This document shows positions 15,682 through 23,120 of a DNA stretch of 24,000 nt, piece by piece. The notes beneath the pieces were generated by a model. The model worked only from the letters and a program-made list of their open reading frames with translations. It was not told where the DNA came from and did not search any database. The stretch covers positions 161,538 through 185,537 of the forward strand of contig JAHLWS010000082.1 of assembly GCA_019057795.1 (NCBI GenBank), in the 5' to 3' direction. Source of the stretch: Promethearchaeota archaeon (GTDB lineage: Archaea > Asgardarchaeota > Lokiarchaeia > Sigyniarchaeales > SOKP01). Position numbers and translations under genes: made by a program. The first letter of the stretch is position 1; each line of letters begins with the position of its first letter.

Positions 15682-17058
15682 ATGTTAAAATTCCTGCCGC
15701 TCGGAGGAGGGAACGATATAGGAGCAAGCTCGTATCTCGTGCAGATCAATCGATTCAACTTCTTATTGGACGCAGGATTAAGACCAAGGAGCTTTAAAAA
15801 TACGCCTAAATACATTAAAATGTTTGAATTAATCGAGGATTGGTCCCAAATCGATGCGGTCTTTATAAGCCACCCCCACCTCGATCATGTGGGCTCTCTA
15901 CCTAAAGTGTTTGAAGCCAATCCAAAAGTCCCTATTTTTGTTCCTGAACAAAGTTTACCATTAATAGAAGTGCAGATATATGGATCTTTAACTTACCAAA
16001 AGCGAATCAAGAAATACGCCGAAGATTATCTAGGAGTAGAATATTCAATCGACTTAGTATCGAATTGTCTATCAAACATAAAAGAAATCGCATATAATAA
16101 GTTAACAAAAATAAAAAAGACCAATGTAACCTTTGAATTTTGGCCCGCAGGACATATTTTAGGGTCAGCGAGCATATTTATTAAAACGAGAAAGGGCAGC
16201 CTTGTATATACGGGAGACGTTTCTACCCATGAAAGGCCCTCAATTCCCGATCTATCTTATCCTTCTCGAAAGGTGGATCTATTGATTATGGAAAGCACTT
16301 ATTTAAGTTCCAATCACGAGATATCACCGCAAGAAGGGTTCGATCAATTATATTTAAAAGTAAAGGACATTACCGAAAAGGGAAACCACGTTCTGATCCC
16401 CAGTTTTGCTTTAGGTAAGGCTCAAGACATTATCAAGATGTTTATCGAGCGTAATAAAGCAGAAGATAATCCCGTTCCCATTTATTTAGACGGTTTGGTA
16501 AAGAAAATTACTCGGATTTATAGCAAAGTGTTAGGTGAATCCCTGTTTTTTAGCTTGAAGGACGGTTCGTGCAACTTTATTTCGGGTATACATAATGATG
16601 TGAATGAATATAAAAAGTTTTTAGAGCGTCATCCAGGGATAGCTATTATTTCAAGTTCTGGTATGCTCCTAGATGGGAGCAAGTCCGCTCGATGGGCAGA
16701 GGCCATCCTCCCATACGAGGGAAACGGTTTATTCTTTACTGGTTATCTCGACGAAGAATCTCCAGGAGCGAAGCTATTAAAGTGCGTCTCCGAAAAAGTA
16801 ATATCTCTTAACGGTGAAATTATCCCACTTAACGCACATATAGATAGATTCTATATTAGTACTCATTCTTCTGCGTCTGAATTGGCTAATCTCGTTGAGA
16901 TGGTAAAGCCTAAAGCCGTCGTGTTAGTACACGGAAATAATCCGGCGCAAAAAATTGCAGAATTTCAACAAGCATGTGAGAGAAAAATTAACAGAAAATT
17001 ACCAATTATAAAATCTATAAATGAAGAAATGATAGAATTAGGTGAAATGTTTGAGTGA
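15682..17058 (+). CDS. Metallo-beta-lactamase-fold nuclease of the beta-CASP family
   Basis: LLDAG (motif 1), HPHLDH (nt 15871-15888, motif 2), AGHILGSA (motif 3), YTGDVS (motif 4), LIMESTY (beta-CASP motif A), STHSSASEL (motif B His) and VLVHGN (motif C His). GGGGAG at 15667-15672 lies 9 nt upstream of the ATG. There is only a 14-nt gap after the upstream gene. Confidence 0.9.
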   Translation: MLKFLPLGGGNDIGASSYLVQINRFNFLLDAGLRPRSFKNTPKYIKMFELIEDWSQIDAVFISHPHLDHVGSLPKVFEANPKVPIFVPEQSLPLIEVQIYGSLTYQKRIKKYAEDYLGVEYSIDLVSNCLSNIKEIAYNKLTKIKKTNVTFEFWPAGHILGSASIFIKTRKGSLVYTGDVSTHERPSIPDLSYPSRKVDLLIMESTYLSSNHEISPQEGFDQLYLKVKDITEKGNHVLIPSFALGKAQDIIKMFIERNKAEDNPVPIYLDGLVKKITRIYSKVLGESLFFSLKDGSCNFISGIHNDVNEYKKFLERHPGIAIISSSGMLLDGSKSARWAEAILPYEGNGLFFTGYLDEESPGAKLLKCVSEKVISLNGEIIPLNAHIDRFYISTHSSASELANLVEMVKPKAVVLVHGNNPAQKIAEFQQACERKINRKLPIIKSINEEMIELGEMFE

Positions 17059-18229
17059 AGAGCTATTAAACCTTGTTTATGAATTGAACGCTAAATGCCT
17101 TCAAAAATTAGAAGATTTAGACGAAGAGACTAAAGATAAAAATAACCATGAATACATTATCATGAGAAATTATGTCCAGAAAAAAGATTTTTATCCTAAA
17201 GATTTGACAAAAGCTATTAATCAACCGCAAAGAGTCGTCCTTAATATGGTTCGAGATATAGGCTTTATCCATTTTAAGAATAGACGATTATATGTCCAGA
17301 GGAAATATTTAGATTGGATACGATTGGTGGTCAAGGATGTCATCATTTTCTTTAACTATCCAATAAACAAAAAAATGAACCGGGGTATCGATTATGTTAA
17401 TTCATTTATGAAAAAGAAGCAACAAATCAAAAATTATAAAATAATACTATTAAACGCCTTCGAGTCGGAAGGACTTTTATTATTCCCGATTGAGTTACTA
17501 AACGAAATGAAGGTGATACTTAAAAACGCAAGTTGGGGTGTGTGTATGTATTATTTTAAAGAATTATACGAAATTTATCTTAAAATGTACCCAGAACTCG
17601 ATTACCAAAGTGTACAATCAGACGATATGGATCTTTCTGAACCAGATGAAACTGATACTGAAGAAGTACTTGATGACAATGCAGAACAACTTGAAGCTGA
17701 AATTTCCATTAATCCAAGAGATTTGATGGAACAAAATCAGAAACTAAATAACGAACTTAGCGAATCTAGAGCGGTGTGCGATTTTCTTACTATGCAATAC
17801 GACGATCTAATGGTATCAATGGATAACTTGAAGAAGGTTTCGACCGAGCAAGATTTTAGAAAAGTGTTTTTGGCGTTTAATTCTATTGAAAATAACAATG
17901 TGCTGGACGCTTTCTTTATCGCTAAATCAACTTTAGATACATTAAAAAGTTCCGGTTGGGAGCCCTTTCCACCTGAACTTAAATCAATATTGTATATTTT
18001 TGATCTTTTTGCAGAATTCTTTAATAGACAAGCCCTTATCACTAATTATAAGTTAGGAGAAGAGGTATTAATAACCATAGAAAACATCTCTAATTTTGAA
18101 TATAAGGGTCAAGAATTAAAAAAAGGAATGGAAGTGCTAGCAAGAGTGCGATCCCCAGCTTGGTATTATCAGGGAAGATTGATTTCAAAAGCGAGCGTTT
18201 TAGAAATTAAAGGTGGAGGAAAAGAATAA
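17042..18229 (+). CDS. Hypothetical protein: wHTH-like N-terminal region, acidic linker, coiled coil and GrpE-like C-terminal domain (tentative)
   Basis: The ORF overlaps the stop of the beta-CASP gene. The start is either GTG 17042 or TTG 17051; the latter has AGGTGA (17040-17045) 5 nt upstream. Residues about 38-90 look like a wHTH (DLTKAINQPQRVVLNMVRDIGFIHFKNRRLYV). Residues 190-222 are acidic. Residues about 225-392 parallel GrpE, with a long helix (QNQKLNNELSESRAVCDFLTMQYDDLMVSMDNLKK...VLDAFFIA) followed by KKGMEVLARVRSPAWYYQGRLISKASVLEIK, compared with E. coli GrpE [29 protein letters not shown]. Confidence 0.8.
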   Translation: MKCLSEELLNLVYELNAKCLQKLEDLDEETKDKNNHEYIIMRNYVQKKDFYPKDLTKAINQPQRVVLNMVRDIGFIHFKNRRLYVQRKYLDWIRLVVKDVIIFFNYPINKKMNRGIDYVNSFMKKKQQIKNYKIILLNAFESEGLLLFPIELLNEMKVILKNASWGVCMYYFKELYEIYLKMYPELDYQSVQSDDMDLSEPDETDTEEVLDDNAEQLEAEISINPRDLMEQNQKLNNELSESRAVCDFLTMQYDDLMVSMDNLKKVSTEQDFRKVFLAFNSIENNNVLDAFFIAKSTLDTLKSSGWEPFPPELKSILYIFDLFAEFFNRQALITNYKLGEEVLITIENISNFEYKGQELKKGMEVLARVRSPAWYYQGRLISKASVLEIKGGGKE

Positions 18230-18230
18230 A

Positions 18231-20948
18231 ATGGCAGATACGACAAGAGAGTTTTATCTAGGAATCGACTTAGGTACCACCAATTCCTCCATAGCTTGGG
18301 GGAGTGTTGGAAAAAATGGAATCTTTAAACCACGGATGGTAGACATGCAATTACCAATGGCAGACGGTTCTTGGGAAGCGAAGCAACTCTTACCTTCGTT
18401 TTTTTATTTACCGAAAGATCAAAAAGATCATGAAGTCGGGTATAAAGCCAAACAAATGTTAAAGACACAACCAGGAAGAGTAATTCGATCAATCAAGACC
18501 AAAATGGGACAGGATTGGAAAAAAACTATAGACGAGAAAGAATTTACACCTGAGGATATTTCTTCTTATATCTTGAAACAATTGCTTATTGGAATAAAAA
18601 GAACTTTTCGAACAACTATAAACGATATTGTTGTTACGGTTCCAGCGTCTTTTGATAGTGAAATGAGAAGCGCTACGTTAGAGGCCGCGAGAAAAGCGGG
18701 AATAAAGGTTAAGAACGACAATGGGTCTCCAAGAAACATCCTATTGGACGAGCCGAGGGCGTGTCTCTATGATTTTGTTAATCGGCAAAAACAAGGAGAA
18801 ATCCCCGACCACATAATAGATTTTTCAACAAAAAAACGCATTTTAGTGTATGATTTGGGAGGAGGGACGTTAGATGTATCTTTACATGAAGTAAATTTTG
18901 AATCCCCAGAACATCCCTTAGTAAATATTGAAGATATCGCCATATCAAGGTATACGGACATCGGAGGAGATAATTTTGACGAAAAACTTACAGATTATTT
19001 GTTTCAGAGATATTGTGAGGAATTTAAGTTAAAACTGCAAGACTATTCCGATATTGAAATCGAATGCGCTAAGATGTCTCTTTTTTATTATGTGGAGTCT
19101 TTTAAGCGAATGATTACTAACGACGCTTTACGAAGAGAAGAGATGTTTGAAGATTACGAGCCGGAAGATGTGCGTCAATCAATAATGGCTGGATATTTGT
19201 TAGAGCAACATCCATTAAGCGTTGAATTATCTCTAAAGGAATACGAGGAGATCATGGAAGAATTTTTAGCAAAAGACATTAAATATCCCACTACATCGAA
19301 TATCGGAGAAAGAATTGGCGAAAGAAACTTGATTTCACCTGTATTAGATGTTTTAAATAAAGCGTTTAAAAAATTAAATAGGATTGTGAAACCCGATTTA
19401 ATATTACTCTCAGGAGGGATGACGAAATTGCCTATGGTTCGTAAACGATTGTCCGCTTTTTTTGGCATGGAACCTCAAACCATTCCCGATCCAGATAAAG
19501 CTGTCTCTAGAGGGGCTGCAATTTACCATTACTACTTACATCAAGGTTACCGACCTACTGCAATATTAGCCGAATCAATCATTCTTGAGATGAAAGACCA
19601 CAAAATGCTAGAACTTGTCCCCTCAGGCGTTTCTTTACCTTACGAAGAAGAGTTTATCTTTAAAATTGGAGGCAAGAAATACGTAGATATTCCGTTATAT
19701 CGAACAGATTCATCGCACCCACTTGCGCAGCCTAGATTTAGTCTTTCTAAACTTTATCCTTCTAAAACAAGAATAAAAGCAAAAATAAATGTCAATTTAC
19801 TTAAAGTAATGGAATTCCAAGCGTGGGTGAAAGAATTTCCCTCAGACAAAATTACTATTACAATTGACTTCAACAAAGACACAGAGCAGAAAAAGACTGG
19901 TGTTGAAGTAAAGCAGCGCATCGAACCTTTCGTGGAAGAAAAAATTGAAGAATCACGACAGTTCACAAAAGAAAAAGAAAGCGATTCTCGTGTAGTGCAA
20001 TATAACGAACTCGTAGAGTTTTTCCATTCGATTCCTTATACTAATAAACCTAATTATGCTAAACTTACAGAGGTAGAAATCGTTAACTCAAGGAATATTG
20101 ATCGAGTTGTCAAAGGGCTGCTTAAAATACAGAGAAAAACTCACCATAAAATAAGGGAAAAAATTATTTTGTTACTTGGAGATATTGTTTCAGAACCTCG
20201 AGTCCACGAAAATTATCCTAATGTTATCTATGGCGTTAACCAAAACATGGTTCGCTATGTGGATATGATACAAAATTTGGATAATCCAAACTCCAAAGAA
20301 ATTAATATTTCAGTAAGATACGCGATTGAAACAATAGGAAAAACAAAGACCGTAGACCTACAAAGAAACATTATAACTTCCTTAATTTCTTGGGTAAAAG
20401 AACCAATCTTTCATAAAATTAGAAGTGCGATACTCACTAGCTTGGGAAAAATGCCACCTGATAACGAAATATTGGCTTTTCTGGTAGAATTTATATCAAA
20501 ACCTCAGAAAAAGAACACTCTTATTCCTTCTTTATGGGCGTTAGGGAAACAAGGATCGAGAGATTTAACAAATCCTATCATTATAGACTATATGGGGAAT
20601 GTACACGAAACTATCTTACAAAAAATGGATTCTACAGTAGATTTTGAGATCATTCAATACATTTCCTACACACTGCTTGAAATATGCAAAATAAATCCAA
20701 ATCATCCAGAAAATTGCGTTAGCAAAGACGCTCGAGCCGGAGTAATACAAAGAATGGAGAGTAAACTTATAAATCTCGAGAAACCCTTTAAAAATAAAAA
20801 GTTTAGCCACTTAGACAAGAAATTAAAAGACTGGGGTCGTTTTTTATCAACTCAGAGGTGGATTAATCTAACAATTCAAGCGTTAAAAGGATTAGAGTTT
20901 TCAGACGAAGACATCGAACTCTTAGACGGTTTTAGAAGAAATAAATAA
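18231..20948 (+). CDS. Atypical Hsp70-family ATPase: actin-fold NBD + SBD-beta-like domain + C-terminal HEAT-like repeat region replacing the canonical lid
   Basis: The track starts at GTG 18213. ATG 18231 lies 1 nt after the upstream stop, with GGTGGAGG at 18212-18219, and gives MADTTREFYLGIDLGTTNS.
Hsp70 motifs: GIDLGTTNSS, VVTVPASFDSEMRSATLEAARKAG, LLDEPRACLYDF, ILVYDLGGGTLDVSL, GGDNFDEKL, LILLSGGMTKLPMVRKRLSAFFG and DPDKAVSRGAAIY.
Residues about 450-555 resemble SBD-beta (ILEMKDHKMLELVPSGVSLPYEEEF...ITITIDFNKD).
The tail has four R-x-x-A/I-x-x-x-L-G-type units: IREKIILLLGDIV, VRYAIETIGKTK, IRSAILTSLGKMP and LIPSLWALGKQGS. Confidence 0.9.
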   Translation: MADTTREFYLGIDLGTTNSSIAWGSVGKNGIFKPRMVDMQLPMADGSWEAKQLLPSFFYLPKDQKDHEVGYKAKQMLKTQPGRVIRSIKTKMGQDWKKTIDEKEFTPEDISSYILKQLLIGIKRTFRTTINDIVVTVPASFDSEMRSATLEAARKAGIKVKNDNGSPRNILLDEPRACLYDFVNRQKQGEIPDHIIDFSTKKRILVYDLGGGTLDVSLHEVNFESPEHPLVNIEDIAISRYTDIGGDNFDEKLTDYLFQRYCEEFKLKLQDYSDIEIECAKMSLFYYVESFKRMITNDALRREEMFEDYEPEDVRQSIMAGYLLEQHPLSVELSLKEYEEIMEEFLAKDIKYPTTSNIGERIGERNLISPVLDVLNKAFKKLNRIVKPDLILLSGGMTKLPMVRKRLSAFFGMEPQTIPDPDKAVSRGAAIYHYYLHQGYRPTAILAESIILEMKDHKMLELVPSGVSLPYEEEFIFKIGGKKYVDIPLYRTDSSHPLAQPRFSLSKLYPSKTRIKAKINVNLLKVMEFQAWVKEFPSDKITITIDFNKDTEQKKTGVEVKQRIEPFVEEKIEESRQFTKEKESDSRVVQYNELVEFFHSIPYTNKPNYAKLTEVEIVNSRNIDRVVKGLLKIQRKTHHKIREKIILLLGDIVSEPRVHENYPNVIYGVNQNMVRYVDMIQNLDNPNSKEINISVRYAIETIGKTKTVDLQRNIITSLISWVKEPIFHKIRSAILTSLGKMPPDNEILAFLVEFISKPQKKNTLIPSLWALGKQGSRDLTNPIIIDYMGNVHETILQKMDSTVDFEIIQYISYTLLEICKINPNHPENCVSKDARAGVIQRMESKLINLEKPFKNKKFSHLDKKLKDWGRFLSTQRWINLTIQALKGLEFSDEDIELLDGFRRNK

Positions 20949-20985
20949 CACTATGATAGTAAAATTCTTATCTTCACTTCTTATA

Positions 20986-20991
20986 TTTTTT
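20986..20991 (+). terminator. Possible oligo-T terminator for the four-gene operon
   Basis: A T6 run lies about 40 nt after the stop at 20948. A further T9 run lies at 21160-21168. Archaeal termination commonly uses oligo-T, but the call is weak in such AT-rich DNA. Confidence 0.25.
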
Positions 20992-21166
20992 GTCTTCCAT
21001 TCAATCTTAAAAGATTTATTATTATTATTTGCTTTGTCTTTCCCGAAAATTTATGACTCTTTTAGGATATAAATCTCATAATTTAATTTCTCATTTTGAT
21101 GAATAATAACAATAATATAAAAGCCTCATCGCTAATAATGGCACGAACGAATCAATCTCTTTTTTT

Positions 21167-21391
21167 TTATCTAAAAATCCTGAAGTATTTAATCCCAGTG
21201 TTAAGCCCACACACAGCCAAAAGTACGATGGACGCGACAATGACGCCAATCATCTTAGATCGATACCGCTGACCGCCCCAAATTAGGCAAATCATCCCAA
21301 TTAAGAACCCAAATAAGCCCATAATCGAACCAAGTGCGATTAAATACTCAACTCCTCCTAAAACCTCTTCGAAATAATCGAATACTACCAT
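21167..21391 (-). CDS. Small membrane protein (74 aa, two predicted TM helices)
   Basis: There are two hydrophobic stretches, YLIALGSIMGLFGFLIGMICLIWGG and MIGVIVASIVLLAVCGLNTGI, separated by the basic loop QRYRSK. Confidence 0.5.
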   Translation of the reverse strand: MVVFDYFEEVLGGVEYLIALGSIMGLFGFLIGMICLIWGGQRYRSKMIGVIVASIVLLAVCGLNTGIKYFRIFR

Positions 21392-21504
21392 AATGAATAG
21401 ATTTAAAAACAGGAATATTTAAAAGAAAAATTATTATTAATTTTTAAGTTGAGTTTCGGGATATTGGTAACTTTTTTTTTGTTGTTTAAGCGAAATACTA
21501 TTTG

Positions 21505-21526
21505 TTTTATTTAAAGGAAAAAACCT
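21505..21526. promoter_or_regulatory. Copy 1 of a conserved 19-nt TATA-containing motif TTTTATTTAAAGGAAAAAA
   Basis: It shares an exact 19-mer with 22082-22100. It lies about 115 nt upstream of the minus-strand gene starting at 21391. The core TATTTAAA / TTTAAATA is at 21508-21515. Orientation is ambiguous. Confidence 0.4.
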
Positions 21527-21596
21527 AAAAAATAATTGAACTACCTACCCCTAAAGGAGCCGGATTCTGCTTTAATAATGGTAAAAGTAAAAAAAT

Positions 21597-21607
21597 AAAA
21601 AAAAAAA
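21597..21607 (-). terminator. Oligo-T (T11 on the minus strand) terminator candidate
   Basis: An A11 run on the plus strand at 21597-21607 reads as T11 on the minus strand. It lies 5 nt downstream of the minus-strand stop at 21612-21614. Confidence 0.4.
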
Positions 21608-21611
21608 GAAG

Positions 21612-21992
21612 TTATTTGAAGCTCTTTTCGTAATTACTTAGCCACGACTTAATCGACTCTATTGTTTTGGAATAATCGACTACTCTGGTGTTGCCACTTG
21701 CGGTCATAGAGCCGGACACTGTTCTCTCGTTGTACATGCCTGGAATCGCTTGATATGTGGCTCGGTTACCTTGTTTTTCTGCTTCTTTCGCGATATCTAC
21801 TCCTAAATCGCGCAACGCTTTAGAGGGGAAAGCTCCGCAAGGAGCAACGATCTCTGCGAATAATTCGGCTGCTTGAACCCACGCGGGATCTTGGTATTCG
21901 TTTAAAGGTGTTTCTAATAATTCTCTAATTTTTAGAGCTATATGGTTGGAAATACCTCCTCGTACGTCAAATTTATGATCGTCACCTGCCAT
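21612..21992 (-). CDS. Hypothetical soluble protein (126 aa from ATG 21992; the track extends to ATG 22034)
   Basis: The ORF is clearly richer in GC than its flanks. The first 14 codons of the track ORF (MINIITSIKRGNKN) are AT-rich, low-complexity and lack an SD. ATG 21992 (MAGDDHKFDVRGG...) has GAGG about 11 nt upstream. No family was recognised. Confidence 0.6.
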   Translation of the reverse strand: MAGDDHKFDVRGGISNHIALKIRELLETPLNEYQDPAWVQAAELFAEIVAPCGAFPSKALRDLGVDIAKEAEKQGNRATYQAIPGMYNERTVSGSMTASGNTRVVDYSKTIESIKSWLSNYEKSFK

Positions 21993-22081
21993 ATTTTTGT
22001 TGCCTCGTTTTATACTGGTAATTATATTTATCATTCATCGTTATTAATTTTCACGTCGTAATTATTTATTCTACAATTTAA

Positions 22082-22104
22082 TTTTATTTAAAGGAAAAAA
22101 ATCT
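22082..22104. promoter_or_regulatory. Copy 2 of the conserved 19-nt TATA-containing motif TTTTATTTAAAGGAAAAAA
   Basis: It shares an exact 19-mer with 21505-21523. It lies 50-90 nt upstream of the minus-strand gene (starts 22034/21992). It could alternatively serve the plus-strand ORF at 22229. Confidence 0.4.
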
Positions 22105-22228
22105 TGAAAATTACTAACTAAGAAAAAAAAATTCCAAACAACTTAAAATCAAATACTACTCGATGAGATTGTTTTTAGTATTAATTTATATTTATAAAAG
22201 TTCAATATAATAATAAGACAAAAATAAG

Positions 22229-22447
22229 ATGGAGTTAGAATTGTTGGATCCAAAAAAAGAATTTAAAATTAACGAATATTTTAGAGCTGTATTGTATAAT
22301 AGTTCGATTCGCATTAAATTTTTAAAAGAGATAAATTTAGCTCGGAATAGGAGCCATAATATAAGCAATAACTTAATCGACATCAAAAAAAAACTAAAAC
22401 AAAAAGGCGTAATAATCAACTATGGACGGTGGAATCCTGTCTTTTAA
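22229..22447 (+). CDS. Small hypothetical protein (72 aa), possibly wHTH-like; the call is uncertain
   Basis: It overlaps an opposite-strand 75-aa ORF (22192..22419) of junk-like hydrophobic composition. The plus-strand product (…YFRAVLYNSSIRIKFLKEINLARNRSHNISNNLIDIKKKLKQKGVII…) loosely resembles small ArsR-like wHTH proteins. Confidence 0.3.
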   Translation: MELELLDPKKEFKINEYFRAVLYNSSIRIKFLKEINLARNRSHNISNNLIDIKKKLKQKGVIINYGRWNPVF

Positions 22448-22528
22448 GATCCTTGGGGATAATTTTAAAATAATAGCGCTATCCAAAAATTTTCCTTTAT
22501 ATAATTAAAAAAAAAGTAGATAGTAAGA

Positions 22529-22537
22529 TTATTTAAA
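22529..22537 (+). promoter_or_regulatory. TATA-like box (TTATTTAAA) positioned for a leaderless or near-leaderless transcript of the 22557 gene
   Basis: The centre is about 24 nt upstream of ATG 22557, and no SD lies between them. Confidence 0.35.
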
Positions 22538-22556
22538 CGAAACTACATGAATTATA

Positions 22557-23066
22557 ATGGAACGATTAGGTAAGACCTTTCTATTGGTTATTGAACCTCT
22601 TGACTTTAGTTTGAAGGAGAATGCGTTCAACTGTAGCGAATTTGGGTTCATGTTTGGGACTGAATCATCGTGGTATCTTAACAATATATTTAAATTCTGC
22701 AGGGATTATTATAGGACTCGAATCGATCATCTAAAATCAAACGCTTTAGGTTCCTTAAAGAAAGAGATCGAAGAAAGTCTGGAACAAATTATTAATAAAG
22801 ACATTAAAAACGACGAGGATTTACTTCGATTAATGGGAATATTTATTGACCTGTCTTTTTTTACCGCATATTCTCGAGATAAAACCACCTATTTAACCGT
22901 ATTTACCATGGACATTGAATCTCAACTTCTTTATTGTTGTTATGTTGGGTCTAACGAATATAAAGATCCGGAGGAGCTTTCTAAACAATTCTTTAAAAAG
23001 ATAAAGAGCACTAGCTTAAATAAAAACGATGGTTCTTGTTTTGAAATCTACCAATTCCTTGATTAA
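22557..23066 (+). CDS. Hypothetical protein (169 aa)
   Basis: A clean ORF with coding-like, GC-richer composition. No recognisable motifs. Confidence 0.6.
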   Translation: MERLGKTFLLVIEPLDFSLKENAFNCSEFGFMFGTESSWYLNNIFKFCRDYYRTRIDHLKSNALGSLKKEIEESLEQIINKDIKNDEDLLRLMGIFIDLSFFTAYSRDKTTYLTVFTMDIESQLLYCCYVGSNEYKDPEELSKQFFKKIKSTSLNKNDGSCFEIYQFLD

Positions 23067-23120
23067 CTCCTTGAAGTATGATTAGAAATTTTATTTTGGA
23101 TTTAATTTAATTTAATTTTT

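Noticed and set aside
889-20810. Fourteen short track ORFs (62-109 aa) nested inside longer genes, mostly on the opposite strand: 889..1095, 3984..4199, 5412..5609, 7056..7310, 8939..9133, 11329..11523, 13870..14199, 14761..14994, 17538..17726, 17737..18042, 18767..18961, 19175..19468, 19754..19966 and 20616..20810.
   Set aside because: Each lies entirely within a much longer ORF that carries recognisable domain motifs. Their translations are low-complexity or rich in Ser/Leu/Phe/Ile, as is typical of antisense reading of AT-rich coding DNA.
18213-20948. Interpreting genes C and D as the organism's ordinary grpE-dnaK pair.
   Set aside because: The Hsp70 is about 905 aa, has heavily substituted conserved strings and carries a HEAT-like tail instead of the lid. 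The upstream protein has only a weak GrpE-like half plus a 190-aa extra N-terminus. No dnaJ follows. Both genes are translationally coupled to nuclease genes. Whole-genome context is still needed to be certain.
22192-22419. 75-aa minus-strand ORF overlapping the 22229..22447 plus-strand ORF.
   Set aside because: It is a hydrophobic Phe/Leu/Ile-rich product, typical of reading an AT-rich region in a non-coding frame. The plus-strand ORF is slightly more protein-like, but neither is strongly supported.
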